From assembly GCA_051745285.1 (NCBI GenBank), contig JBNJDX010000006.1:26-64025 (forward strand): 64,000 bases of DNA. The letters are read 5' to 3'. Of this stretch, positions 19,984 through 30,221 are shown in pieces (the stretch's first letter is position 1; the number at the start of each line of letters is the position of its first letter). Source of the DNA: Spirochaetota bacterium. GTDB taxonomy: Bacteria > Spirochaetota > Spirochaetia > CAKZLE01. Both the position numbers and the translations under genes were made by a program. The notes below the pieces were generated by a model, which saw only the letters and a list, made by a program, of their open reading frames with translations, searched no databases and was not told the origin of the DNA.

Positions 19984-22467
19984 TTAACTTAAGCTGTTGT
20001 CGTCGTCAGGCCCCTCGCTCTCATCGTTCCGTTCGTACTCCTCGGACTCTATCTCCGAGAGAAATTCTATTGAACTCTTTTTTAGTACTGCCCCGGAACT
20101 CTGTTTCATCTGCCTTTTGGGCTCTGTTGACGTACCAGGGCTCTCCTCCTCGTGCTGAAAGCTCTGCGGATCTTCTTCCTGCGAAAAGGCCTGTTTAGCC
20201 TGCCTTCCCTTGCCGTTGGCAGTGCGTTTTCTAAACGTACTACCACCAGATTTCCTTCTCTGTTTCCTGCCTTCATCTCCGCTATAGTAGTAATAGTAGT
20301 GATAGTAGTCGTACGAATTCAACTTGGACTGATCGTTTGTAACAATCCCGATAAACGGTACAGAAGCACTGCCGATATTCTCACCTATCAGCTGCAAACT
20401 GCTCTTCGAGGTATTTCCCATGCGCACTACCATCACCAGACCGTCGGTTTCCCTAACGACTATGAGACCGTCGGACGCGGCCAGAAGCGGGGGCAGGTCT
20501 ACGATGATGTGGTCATAATGTCCCTTTAGCTTCGTGAACGCCTGTTTGAATTTTTCTGAAGTTATCAGAGCTGTGGGGTTTGGCGGTATGGGGCCGACCG
20601 GAAGCAGGTGTAAATTGGGAAGTTCATCAAGAGGCTGCAAGATAAGTTCCTTAAGCTCTTTATCCAGCAGTAGATGGTTAACCAACCCGTCTACGGCCCG
20701 CTCGAGCCCGAAAGCCTGCTCTAGGCGCGGTTTGCGCATGTCTGCATCTATGAGCAGGGTGCGCATTCCATTTTGAGCCATTGCAATGGCTGTGTTGGCA
20801 CAGACTGTAGTCTTACCAGCAGCCATCTCAGAACTGCCAAAACAGACAATCTGCGGCCTACTAACCTTACTGTACAGCACATTTGTCGATATAAGCTTAA
20901 AAGACTCTGCAGCTGGAGAGGTGGAATTATTGTACACAATGAGCTCAGGAAACTCCTCCTTGTAGTCAAACTGCAGATGCGGAATTCGACCGACAATTGG
21001 TATCTCCTGTCCAAAAATTCGCCGGATGGTCTCTTCATCTTTAACCGAATCATCAAATGTTTCCATAAGAAAGACGAGTAAAGCTCCCAGGAAAAGCCCG
21101 AGCAGGGCTCCGACAGCTAACAGCATTTTTTTATTCGGCTTAATCGGTGAATTGTTGGCTACGGCCTCATCAATGATCGTTGAAGTTCCAGAGACTGCGG
21201 CCTCTGCAATTTTGGCTTCCTCGAAGTTTTCCAAAAGCAGTAGATAGAGATTCTCTTTTACCTTTACATCCCGTTTCAACTCCAATAGGCGTTGCTCCAA
21301 CCGCGGCAGATTCACCATCTTCTCTTCATAGGAGGTTTTAAGCTCAGTGAGGTAGGAAATATTGGCTTCAGCGATTATTTGCTGTGTGTAGGCCCTAGCC
21401 ATCTGAGCATGATTGTTTCGAACATACGGAGAGGTGCTTTCAACTTGAGAAAACACCAGTTCATTTACGCGTGCCCGTATTTCATTTTCCAACCGGACCA
21501 AGCGTGAACGCAGATCCTGCGTTCGGGAGGTCGAAGCGGAAGCTTCTCCATCCCTTTGATCGGTATAGCCGACATACTCAAGCTTCGTATTTTTCATCTC
21601 AGAAATCTTCTCTCTCAATTCACTGTCGGCTACCACTTCCTCGTATGAATATACAGTTCCACCCTCCTGCCGGATATCATCAGCATATACCTGCTGCTTG
21701 TTGAGAGCCTCCTGACGCTGCAGTCTGTAGGGTTCAATCTGCTGCTCGTACTTGGTAATATACTCAAGCAGTAGACCAGCCTCCTCTTCGAGAGCGAAGA
21801 CACCCTCCTCCTCCTTGAACTCCCGAAGCCGGTTCTCTGCCTGCTCAACTTGTTCCAGAGCAGGACCGATCTGGCTTTCAATGAACTCACGACGTACGGA
21901 AAACTCATTTTGAGCTAGTTCACGCAGGAGGTTGTTATAGACAACCGCAAGAGTGTTAGCAATATCACGCGCGAGCAGGTAATCTGTATGCTCTACAGAG
22001 ATTCTTACAATGTTAGTATCTTTTACCGTGTTAACGGTTATCGCACCACTAAGATGCCGAACCAAACTGTCGGTGGTCACCCTGTTGTCACTGCCGGACA
22101 TAGATGAGTAACGCTCAACAAGATTCAGCTCTTCGATGAGTTTTTCGAGATTACGCCGACTCTTAATGATTTCTACCTCAGTCGAAATGCTTGCAGAACC
22201 GCTACTACCACGCACGGTGAACAGATCTTCAAAGGAGCTGCCACTTTGGGAAGGTTCAATCCAGAGAGTCGCACTGGAGGAGTAGACAGGGGAAGCCAGA
22301 TAGAGGTAGACCATCACGACAGTGATGGACAACAAAAACGTCACGGCCAACAACAATTTTCTGCTGCGGACAATTCGCAGAATATCTTTTAGTGATATTT
22401 CGTTCTGCTCATCAGTATATGGTTGTTGTTCCAAATTGTAACTCCGTTGTTTTTCGCATCCGAGCAA
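19984..22467 (-). CDS. Polysaccharide co-polymerase / BY-tyrosine autokinase fusion (Wzc/GumC-EpsB type)
   Basis: 827 aa. N-terminal Wzz-like domain with 2 TM segments and a long coiled coil. Kinase Walker A SSEMAAGKTT, A' LLIDADMRKP, Walker B IIVDLPP, and tyrosine cluster YDYYHYYYYY. An extra 96-aa tail follows the Y-cluster. Confidence 0.9.
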   Translation of the reverse strand: MLGCEKQRSYNLEQQPYTDEQNEISLKDILRIVRSRKLLLAVTFLLSITVVMVYLYLASPVYSSSATLWIEPSQSGSSFEDLFTVRGSSGSASISTEVEIIKSRRNLEKLIEELNLVERYSSMSGSDNRVTTDSLVRHLSGAITVNTVKDTNIVRISVEHTDYLLARDIANTLAVVYNNLLRELAQNEFSVRREFIESQIGPALEQVEQAENRLREFKEEEGVFALEEEAGLLLEYITKYEQQIEPYRLQRQEALNKQQVYADDIRQEGGTVYSYEEVVADSELREKISEMKNTKLEYVGYTDQRDGEASASTSRTQDLRSRLVRLENEIRARVNELVFSQVESTSPYVRNNHAQMARAYTQQIIAEANISYLTELKTSYEEKMVNLPRLEQRLLELKRDVKVKENLYLLLLENFEEAKIAEAAVSGTSTIIDEAVANNSPIKPNKKMLLAVGALLGLFLGALLVFLMETFDDSVKDEETIRRIFGQEIPIVGRIPHLQFDYKEEFPELIVYNNSTSPAAESFKLISTNVLYSKVSRPQIVCFGSSEMAAGKTTVCANTAIAMAQNGMRTLLIDADMRKPRLEQAFGLERAVDGLVNHLLLDKELKELILQPLDELPNLHLLPVGPIPPNPTALITSEKFKQAFTKLKGHYDHIIVDLPPLLAASDGLIVVRETDGLVMVVRMGNTSKSSLQLIGENIGSASVPFIGIVTNDQSKLNSYDYYHYYYYYSGDEGRKQRRKSGGSTFRKRTANGKGRQAKQAFSQEEDPQSFQHEEESPGTSTEPKRQMKQSSGAVLKKSSIEFLSEIESEEYERNDESEGPDDDNSLS

Positions 22468-22533
22468 GGTAAACTGCTTGTATACTACCTGCTAAATTTC
22501 GCTTGAACAAGTACCTGCCCGTCTGCTCCCCTC

Positions 22534-23577
22534 TCAACTGCCTTGTTTTGGTCTGATCAGAATACCGTCGGCTGTAACAACAACCAGGAAATCACTGCAG
22601 TTTTGAGTATACACAGGAATATCCGTATAATTACAAACCAACATTCCCCGTGTAAGGTTAAACCGTTTTTGTGAAAGTTCACGTTCATCAAAGACCGCGT
22701 TACCCCTGTCGTCTGTACGCATATAGGTTGCCAAGGATTCAAAACTACCTACATCATTCCACCTGAGCTCTTCTGGAGCTGGTACAAGACGCATCATAGC
22801 AGCAATATGTTCCATAAGCGCATAATCTATAGAAACATTACGTTTTCGGTGCTTAATCTCGTGATACGCATGTTCGAGCGTGCTGTTTGTACCCTCTTTG
22901 TATATCGCATGAATCGGGCGAAGTATGTCAGGACAGTGCACAGCCGCTGAAGAGAGAAAGACCCGTGCCCTGGCGATAAAGATTCCGGCGTTCCAATAGT
23001 AGTGCTCATCTTCGAGGTAGGCACGCGCATGTTCACTGTCTGGCTTCTCAATAAACTTCTCAACAGCCAGGGAGCTGTCAAAGCTGGAGGGCGGCTGACT
23101 TTTTATATACCCGTATTGAGTTTCCGGTCTGCTAGGTTTAATGCCGATGGTCACCACGCTGTCAGTACGTTTTGCTTCCTGAATGCTGATAGTCAGCAGA
23201 CGTTGAAACAGCTTGTCATCCATCTCGTGGTCGGCTGGCATGAAACAAAGCACAGTATCCGGGCTTCCGAGTCCATAGACTTCCTCTGAAGCTGCAAGAA
23301 GCACAGCTGCAGCCGTGTTGCAACCGTACGGTTCACTGAGAACCTGTGTATCCGGTCTTATTTCCCGGGACTGGTTAAGAGCAGTCGCTTCGTACTTTTT
23401 CTCAGGTATCACCACCACTTCGCAGTCGGTAGGAACTCTTGCCACCGTCCGTTGGAGCATGGTTTTTCCAGGTATGACTGAGAGAAACTGCTTTGGAAGC
23501 TTTCCCTCTCCTGTCTGAGATAATGGAAACAGTCTTGTTCCCCCTCCCCCTGCCATGATACACACTTTAGTACACAT
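22534..23577 (-). CDS. Mannose-1-phosphate guanylyltransferase-like nucleotidyltransferase
   Basis: N-terminal MAGGGGTRLFPLS nucleotide-binding motif, about 350 aa. The start is ambiguous (TTG 23595, ATG 23577 or ATG 23556). Confidence 0.8.
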   Translation of the reverse strand: MCTKVCIMAGGGGTRLFPLSQTGEGKLPKQFLSVIPGKTMLQRTVARVPTDCEVVVIPEKKYEATALNQSREIRPDTQVLSEPYGCNTAAAVLLAASEEVYGLGSPDTVLCFMPADHEMDDKLFQRLLTISIQEAKRTDSVVTIGIKPSRPETQYGYIKSQPPSSFDSSLAVEKFIEKPDSEHARAYLEDEHYYWNAGIFIARARVFLSSAAVHCPDILRPIHAIYKEGTNSTLEHAYHEIKHRKRNVSIDYALMEHIAAMMRLVPAPEELRWNDVGSFESLATYMRTDDRGNAVFDERELSQKRFNLTRGMLVCNYTDIPVYTQNCSDFLVVVTADGILIRPKQGS

Positions 23578-23721
23578 ACAAGTACTGTATGCCAACTGTG
23601 TGTTTGGGTCAACAAAATTCAGTTTTCTTCTCCTAAAAGAGCTTACTTTCCCTTCCTGCTAGTAGTCGTTTTATTACCTGCATTCAATGTAAACTTTTAC
23701 TTACTGGTGGTAAGGTAACGT

Positions 23722-24018
23722 ATGGATGGAATACGGGATCAGGTGGCACAGAACATAAAGTATTACCGTACGCTTTTACACTGGTCTCAAGAGGATCTCG
23801 CGGAGAAGGCGGGTCTTTCTCCCGGGATGATTGGTAAAATTGAAGCCCGCATCTCTTCACCTTCACTGGATTCTCTGTCGCACATCGCGAGAGCACTCAA
23901 CGTTGAGCCCTATCTTCTTGTTGTTAATCCCCAGGATCGCAGCAACTCCGACACTCGAGAAATTGACAGCATGGTACACGACTTCAAAATGTTTCTCCAT
24001 TCAAGAAGCAGACAGTAA
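23722..24018 (+). CDS. XRE-family helix-turn-helix transcriptional regulator
   Basis: 98 aa. HTH_3 pattern IKYYRTLLHWSQEDLAEKAGLSPGMIGKIEARISSPSLDSLSHIARAL. Confidence 0.85.
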   Translation: MDGIRDQVAQNIKYYRTLLHWSQEDLAEKAGLSPGMIGKIEARISSPSLDSLSHIARALNVEPYLLVVNPQDRSNSDTREIDSMVHDFKMFLHSRSRQ

Positions 24019-24040
24019 GTATCAGCTATGCTGCCGCCTG

Positions 24041-24871
24041 TCACGAGGTGAGAAAATTTACAGTAACTTCCATGGCTTTCTCGCGTGCGAGCTCATCCCG
24101 ATCGTAGGGAATAAGGTGCCCGGCCTCGGGGAGATGCACGGTATGTACAGTTCCTAAAACCTGCCGCTCAATCAACTCGCCCACTGAAGGGTCAACTGTC
24201 TGATCCGCATCCCCTGTCAGGACCATGACAGAAGCTGTAATCTTGGCAAGGCTGGCAACTGCGGCTTTGCTAAGAGTGAGCAGCTCATATACTTTTCGAA
24301 GATTTAAAACGCTCCAGTATTCTTGTCCAAGATAAGCATCGTCATCAGGGTTGCGGTCATCAAAAAACGTAATGGTGGGATCCTGTTCCCAGGGAACGGA
24401 GATTCGATGGCGAAGGAGTTGTAACAACGGCACCATCTTTATAGAGGGATTGATGAATTTCAGGGCTGGTGCCATCAACACCATTCTCTCCACTGGAAAT
24501 CGTGCAGCTACGAGGCATGCTATTGCTCCACCCATAGAATGGCCGAGCAGATGTACGTGTGTATACATACTGGACATATCACGGTAGGCATCTACCGCAG
24601 CGGCCACCCAATCGTATCTATCAGTTTTATCGAAATCGTCCTGGCTGGTTCCATGTCCCGGCAGCCGGGGTACGAACACATCCACTCCGCGAGCATACAA
24701 GCGTTGTGCAGGCAGGGCAAGTTCACCTGGGTACCCTCCAAACCCGTGAAGACCCAATACAGCAGTGTCGTGTTCCGCTTTCCCCTTCAGGCAAATAGGT
24801 ACAGCACATCGGCGAACAGGATCTGTTGTTCTGATTACGGGTTTCAAGAAGCGCCTCCTGTCAATGGACAT
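24041..24871 (-). CDS. Alpha/beta hydrolase (carboxylesterase/lysophospholipase-like)
   Basis: 276 aa. Nucleophile elbow GHSMGG, oxyanion region LGLHGFGG, C-terminal His in GHLIPYD. Confidence 0.8.
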   Translation of the reverse strand: MSIDRRRFLKPVIRTTDPVRRCAVPICLKGKAEHDTAVLGLHGFGGYPGELALPAQRLYARGVDVFVPRLPGHGTSQDDFDKTDRYDWVAAAVDAYRDMSSMYTHVHLLGHSMGGAIACLVAARFPVERMVLMAPALKFINPSIKMVPLLQLLRHRISVPWEQDPTITFFDDRNPDDDAYLGQEYWSVLNLRKVYELLTLSKAAVASLAKITASVMVLTGDADQTVDPSVGELIERQVLGTVHTVHLPEAGHLIPYDRDELAREKAMEVTVNFLTS

Positions 24872-24878
24872 TGGTTGA

Positions 24879-25754
24879 TCAACCTCTGAGCAAGTTCAAT
24901 AAATCGATCCGGCTGCTAACGTGAGTCTTCTGATAAATATGAGCAATGTGGTTGTTGACTGTGCTCACTGATATATGCAACCAGGCTGCAATTTCCTTGC
25001 TCGAGTAGCCGCTGCTGATCAATTTGATTATTTCTTCCTCCCGGTGGGTAACATGATATTCACCGAGACTCTCCAGATCCAACTCTGCCTTAGGTTTTAC
25101 CGGGATTGTTCTAAAATAATTGAACAGATAGACGAATATGATAAGGGAGAGCCAGAAATAATAGATCGGCATTGTGGCTATGTAGCCAAAGGAAAACAAC
25201 AAGTCGGCTGCAATAAACGGCACCATAAACAACGAGAGGGCAATACATGCCAGGCTGATCAGCCGGGCATCCTGATCTTTGATGTTGCCGATATTCTTCA
25301 GCAGTACTCCCAGGCAGAACAGAAAATCGCCAAGAAATATACACATCATACTGATTCGAATGGGCGCGTTAAAACCGATGATGGAGCCGGTTATAGCAAG
25401 TCCCACAAACACGATACTCAACAGAGTGAAAATCGTCTTGTAGGGGTTCCGCCAAGGGTGGGCAATGATCCATGTGGAAAAATAGGGGATGAAGTAGGTC
25501 ATAAAGGCCATATCAAGCAGTAGCAGCCAGAGAAAAATCTGACCAACGATAGCGGGTGTCTCAAAGGCCGCAGAGATATACCGTCCGCTCGAATAGAAGA
25601 CTAGAAGAAACGTGATTGATACTTGAAAAACTAGATAATATTTAGTCCATTCATACGAAGTACGGAGATGAAACAGGACAGCAAGACACAGTGTCATACA
25701 CCCTACGGCAAACGCGATAATAAACAGTAATAGATTGAAATCTGCCCAGTTCAT
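24879..25754 (-). CDS. Membrane-embedded LuxR-family regulator (polytopic N-terminal domain + C-terminal LuxR/GerE HTH)
   Basis: 291 aa. The first ~225 aa consist of ~7 hydrophobic segments. C-terminus EEEIIKLISSGYSSKEIAAWLHISVSTVNNHIAHIYQK is a GerE HTH. The stop lies 7 nt before the hydrolase ATG. Confidence 0.8.
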   Translation of the reverse strand: MNWADFNLLLFIIAFAVGCMTLCLAVLFHLRTSYEWTKYYLVFQVSITFLLVFYSSGRYISAAFETPAIVGQIFLWLLLLDMAFMTYFIPYFSTWIIAHPWRNPYKTIFTLLSIVFVGLAITGSIIGFNAPIRISMMCIFLGDFLFCLGVLLKNIGNIKDQDARLISLACIALSLFMVPFIAADLLFSFGYIATMPIYYFWLSLIIFVYLFNYFRTIPVKPKAELDLESLGEYHVTHREEEIIKLISSGYSSKEIAAWLHISVSTVNNHIAHIYQKTHVSSRIDLLNLLRG

Positions 25755-25868
25755 TACCCTGAGTATAGGTCGCTACGCACCGCTGGTCAAGCTGAATACC
25801 ATGCAGAAAAACCATTCAGGCCTGACAAGCTTCCTTCTCAAAAGCTCATGCAATATCTTTCAAAGAGA

Positions 25869-26720
25869 CTATTGAGAGGTTTCCCGGTGTATGTATTCCT
25901 GCTCCCTGCTGCAAACAAACGCGTGAAGCTGTGCCGCTACCGGAAAGGAGTTAGCCATACCAGCCTCATCTACCATGCTTACCGGTAGCGCTCCCATACT
26001 GGTACTGGAAATAAAAAACTCTTCATAGACCCCCCGCTTAAGGGCATTCAGATCAGGTGCCTCATCTACTATCTCTAATCCCATCAATGCAGCAGCGGAC
26101 AGAATATGTTTTCTGGTTACTCCGGCTAACACCCCGCTGAGAGGAGTACAGAGCTTTCCCTCGCGTAAACCGAAAATATTGCTGCGGGTTCCCTCCATCA
26201 CTTGGCCGAATCTGTTAACAAGAACAGATTCAAAAGCCCCTCGTTTTCTCGCCTCACGAAGGGCGATATAGTTGAGTAAAAGACAGTTGGATTTCACTTC
26301 AGGCTCGATACGCTCTCCTTGATAGGATAGTACCGATACTCCCTGTTGGTAATACGCTGTAGGATAGACAGGCAAGGACTGAAGAAATCCGAAGAGCCTC
26401 GGATGCCCTCCCCCAATAAGCTGGATGCGCAGGGTTGCCTGAGTGACCTCATCAGCTTGTAACAATCGTCTTACAGCGGCTTTTAGAGGCCCTTCCTCAA
26501 ACGAGTGAGCCATCTCAAGTCTCGCTGCTGACTCAAAAAGCCGTTCAACATGATCCTCAAAAAAAAGAGGTATACCCTCTTTTACCTTTATTGATTCATA
26601 CACGCTGAAGTTAAAAAAGACCTCGCGATCCGAAAGGGGAAGCACTGCGTCTTTCTCCTCAATGAGCTCATATCCCCTTAATGCATGTCGGCTTGCAGCA
26701 CTGTTCATCTCGTAGTTCAT
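25869..26720 (-). CDS. Class IV (fold type IV) aminotransferase: branched-chain aminotransferase / aminodeoxychorismate lyase-like
   Basis: 283 aa with an EGTRSNIF motif and the family size. The ATG overlaps the ftsK stop (ATGA). Confidence 0.8.
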   Translation of the reverse strand: MNYEMNSAASRHALRGYELIEEKDAVLPLSDREVFFNFSVYESIKVKEGIPLFFEDHVERLFESAARLEMAHSFEEGPLKAAVRRLLQADEVTQATLRIQLIGGGHPRLFGFLQSLPVYPTAYYQQGVSVLSYQGERIEPEVKSNCLLLNYIALREARKRGAFESVLVNRFGQVMEGTRSNIFGLREGKLCTPLSGVLAGVTRKHILSAAALMGLEIVDEAPDLNALKRGVYEEFFISSTSMGALPVSMVDEAGMANSFPVAAQLHAFVCSREQEYIHRETSQ

Positions 26721-29353
26721 TCATATTCCCCAGCACGTAGCACCTCTCGGGGCTGGCTTCCCCTTGCCGGACCGACAATACCGCGATCCTCCATCTCTTC
26801 AATCAGTCTCGCCGCACGGTTGTACCCGATTTTCAGTCTTCGCTGCAGGTAAGAGGCTGAGGCACTGTTTCTCGAATAAACGATTTTTAAGGCCTCCTCC
26901 ATCAGCGGATCGGTGCCATCCTCGCTTTCCAGCGTAAAATCATCGCTGTCTTCTTCATCATCTGCAAACATCTCTTCATCGAGATAATCAGGCTCACCTT
27001 GCTGTTTAACAAATTCAACAACCCTCTCTGCCTCATCTTCAGAGAGAAAAGCTCCCTGTATCCTCTGAAGAACCGGATCCCAGGAGGAGGAGAACAGCAT
27101 ATCGCCTCGCCCAAGCAGCTTTTCCGCACCGTTTTGATCGAGAATAATACGGGAATCAGTGTTGCTGGCAACCATAAAAGCAATCCGTGAAGGTATGTTT
27201 GCCTTTATGATCCCGGTAATCACATTGGTAGAAGGTCTCTGTGTTGCCAAAACCAGATGTATGCCCACTGCACGGGCCATTGCAGCTAGCCGTGCCAGAT
27301 ATGACTCAATTTCCTTGCCGGCCGTGCTCATCAAATCCGCAAACTCGTCGATGATAAACACAATATAGGGCAGCTTCTCGCGGGCAAGACGCTGCTGCTC
27401 AACCTTTTTATTGTATGACTTGATATCCCTGGTGTGAAGCTTGTCGAGCAGCTCATACCGCCGTTCCATCTCGTACAAGCAGTACTGGAGGGCCTTTATT
27501 GCCTTCTTCGAGTCGGTAATAACCGGGGTTAGCAGATGTGGTATATCATTGTAGAGCTTTAACTCAACAATTTTCGGGTCAACCATCATCAGTCTTACCT
27601 CTTTCGGACTGCGGCGATACAGGATTGAACAGATCAGCGAGTTGACACAAACTGACTTACCGGACCCCGTTGCTCCGGCTATCAGCAAATGCGGAGTCCG
27701 TACCAGATCCACCACCTGCGACTCCCCGGTGATATCTTTACCGAGTACCACGGGGATCTCATACTTGGTATGCTTATCAACTTCTCCAAGCATTTCTTTG
27801 AACGAGACAATCGAGCGCTGCTTGTTGGGCACTTCGATGCCCACTGCCTGCTTGCCGGGAATGGGAGCTACCATCCGCACTCGTGAAGCAGCTAGCTGCA
27901 AAGCAATATTGTCTGCCAGATTTGTGATAGCCTGTACCCGTATGCCCGCCGCCGGAAGGATCTCATACATCGTTACAACGGGACCTTTCTGGATCCCAGT
28001 CAGCTCGGCCTCAATCTTAAACTCCCGAAGAGTCTTCATCAGAACTTCACCCGAAGCTTTTGTCGCGCGGTCTACTTCACTGGAGACATCCGGGTATGTA
28101 TCGAGCAGGCCCTCCGACGGTCTGGTATATCCAATCCTTTGGGCAATTCCCTCATGTACCCGCTCCTTGTGCTCCTCAAGATTACTCAATCCAGCAACTC
28201 CCGGAATAAAGGAATCACTTAGATCCTCCGACTCACCCTCCTCTTCCGGCGCATCGGGGACGCTATCTTCCTGCACATGCAGTTCATCATCTTCAGAGGA
28301 CATTTCAAACTGGCTGTAATCCTCCTGGTCAAATTCATACCAATCAAAGGATTGTTTTTCGAATGCAGAGTCTTCCTCCTGTTCATCCATGTCAGGGGAA
28401 GCCCACTGCTCTCCAGGCTCTTCATTGGGAAGGGCCTCTTCTCCCTGCACTGAGTCGGGGGTCTCCTGCGTTTCTTGCTCCTGAACGGGTTTCTGCTCCT
28501 CTGCATTGTGATATTTCTCAGTAGTAACGGATCTGCTGGCTCGGGAAGGAATATCTACAGCTTTCACAGTTCCGAAGACTTCCCTGTAAGGCGCTTGTTC
28601 CGGCGCCCGGGTAGTCTCATTGTGTTCTTGATACGAGTGTGAAGGAGAAAAGGACTCCTTACTCTCTTCGGCAGTATCCGGTTTTGCCGTTCGACTGGCT
28701 TGATACTGGCGTTCACTGGGAATAATTGAAAGCTTGGGAAGCTCCGGGAGATGAGGGAACGAAAGGGTTAGTTCCTGGAAGTGGTGATCATCATCCTGTC
28801 CTACGGACGGATCATACCAGGAGGAACCCAGAGGGTCCCGATGTTCTTGTCTGTGTTCTGCCTGTTGCTGCCGTTCGCTGCGGCCGAGTACATAATTGTC
28901 ACTCCGTTTCCTTTCAGATGGGTTCTTGAACAAGTTGAAAGACCAGATGAAAAACAGCACGCCTTCCAGAACTAATACAAACAGAAGTATCAATGATGCT
29001 GAATAAAACCCGACGTACTGAGAAATAAAACCACCTAGAGCTGAATTGGAATCTCCTAAACGTGTGTGGAGATACAGCACTACGGTTGCAAAGAGTATCA
29101 GGGTGAACGGGATAAGAGACTGGTATGGACGTCTGTCATTAATGAAAAGGAGCAGCACCGCACAGAGGTAACCGTAAACAGGAACGGCCCACAGGGCCCC
29201 CAAAAAGATTGAATAAGCAGCTGCATAGATCCGCCCTACCAGCTGCGGAAGACTATCTGCCGAAAGGGCATACTGGAGAAGCAAAACGGCCAGAACAGCA
29301 GTTGAGAGAATGAAAATCAGTATAGACAATGTTATTTGCGTCTTAGTTCTCAT
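26717..29353 (-). CDS. ftsK: DNA translocase FtsK
   Basis: N-terminal 4-5 TM segments, a long acidic linker, and the motor domain (GATGSGKSV, IIDEFADLM). C-terminal gamma winged helix (SASYLQRRLKIGYNRAARLIEEME). ATG 29353 is preferred over ATG 29395 on RBS grounds. Confidence 0.95.
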   Translation of the reverse strand: MRTKTQITLSILIFILSTAVLAVLLLQYALSADSLPQLVGRIYAAAYSIFLGALWAVPVYGYLCAVLLLFINDRRPYQSLIPFTLILFATVVLYLHTRLGDSNSALGGFISQYVGFYSASLILLFVLVLEGVLFFIWSFNLFKNPSERKRSDNYVLGRSERQQQAEHRQEHRDPLGSSWYDPSVGQDDDHHFQELTLSFPHLPELPKLSIIPSERQYQASRTAKPDTAEESKESFSPSHSYQEHNETTRAPEQAPYREVFGTVKAVDIPSRASRSVTTEKYHNAEEQKPVQEQETQETPDSVQGEEALPNEEPGEQWASPDMDEQEEDSAFEKQSFDWYEFDQEDYSQFEMSSEDDELHVQEDSVPDAPEEEGESEDLSDSFIPGVAGLSNLEEHKERVHEGIAQRIGYTRPSEGLLDTYPDVSSEVDRATKASGEVLMKTLREFKIEAELTGIQKGPVVTMYEILPAAGIRVQAITNLADNIALQLAASRVRMVAPIPGKQAVGIEVPNKQRSIVSFKEMLGEVDKHTKYEIPVVLGKDITGESQVVDLVRTPHLLIAGATGSGKSVCVNSLICSILYRRSPKEVRLMMVDPKIVELKLYNDIPHLLTPVITDSKKAIKALQYCLYEMERRYELLDKLHTRDIKSYNKKVEQQRLAREKLPYIVFIIDEFADLMSTAGKEIESYLARLAAMARAVGIHLVLATQRPSTNVITGIIKANIPSRIAFMVASNTDSRIILDQNGAEKLLGRGDMLFSSSWDPVLQRIQGAFLSEDEAERVVEFVKQQGEPDYLDEEMFADDEEDSDDFTLESEDGTDPLMEEALKIVYSRNSASASYLQRRLKIGYNRAARLIEEMEDRGIVGPARGSQPREVLRAGEYE

Positions 29354-29423
29354 ACGTATATATCCCCCGGATTGAGACACCCGCAGTAGGTACATTATAT
29401 CACGAGTGCATCCATCTCAGCAC

Positions 29424-30221
29424 TCATAAAAACAGAAGCCCAGCAATCCCCAACGGTATAAGGTAGAAACTGAACACGTACAGCCTACCTTTTTGTACAA
29501 GCCAGAGCAGGAGCTTCAAACTGAGTCCACCTGCGAGAACTGCCGCCGCGCATCCTGCAGCAACGGCTGTCCACGCCATCTGAGCCTGCAGAGCTCCGGC
29601 ATTTCCCAGCTCGAGTATAAGAGCCCCGGTGATCGCAGGCACCGATAGTAAAAACGATAGCTCTCCAGCCTTCTCCCTGTCAATTCCCGCCCACAGGGCA
29701 GCAGTAATGGTGATACCTGAACGGGAAATACCCGGAAGCGTACCGAGGCCTTGTGCAATTCCAACCCACACCGCATGCTTGGCACGCGGCCTCTGATCAG
29801 CAGCAGCCGAAGCAAACGCAGTTGATATCAACAACACCCCCGTAACAAGGAACAACACTGACACCATATTCGTTTCATGGAAAACCGCAGTCCCCCTAAA
29901 GAGCAGTCCCAGCACCGCCGTGAAGACTGAACCGAGCAGAATAACGCCGGCTAGCCTTAGATGATAATCCACCTGCTCATCCCGACGGCCTCGTACGACA
30001 GCTATGAAGGCGCCGAGTATCCGCAGTATTCTGTAGCGGAAGAAAAACACAACGACCGCGAGAGTTGCCACATGAAGCATTACATCAAAAAGAAGGGGCA
30101 CCTCCTGCACAGAAAGAAGATGCTTAGTCAGCACAAGGTGGCCCGAGCTTGAGACAGGCAGAAACTCAGTCACTCCCTGTATCAGCCCCAGAAGTATGGA
30201 TTTCCAGATGTTCATTGCCAT
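29424..30221 (-). CDS. uppP: Undecaprenyl-diphosphate phosphatase
   Basis: 265 aa polytopic protein. Motifs EFLPVSSSGH and PGISRSG. Confidence 0.93.
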   Translation of the reverse strand: MAMNIWKSILLGLIQGVTEFLPVSSSGHLVLTKHLLSVQEVPLLFDVMLHVATLAVVVFFFRYRILRILGAFIAVVRGRRDEQVDYHLRLAGVILLGSVFTAVLGLLFRGTAVFHETNMVSVLFLVTGVLLISTAFASAAADQRPRAKHAVWVGIAQGLGTLPGISRSGITITAALWAGIDREKAGELSFLLSVPAITGALILELGNAGALQAQMAWTAVAAGCAAAVLAGGLSLKLLLWLVQKGRLYVFSFYLIPLGIAGLLFL

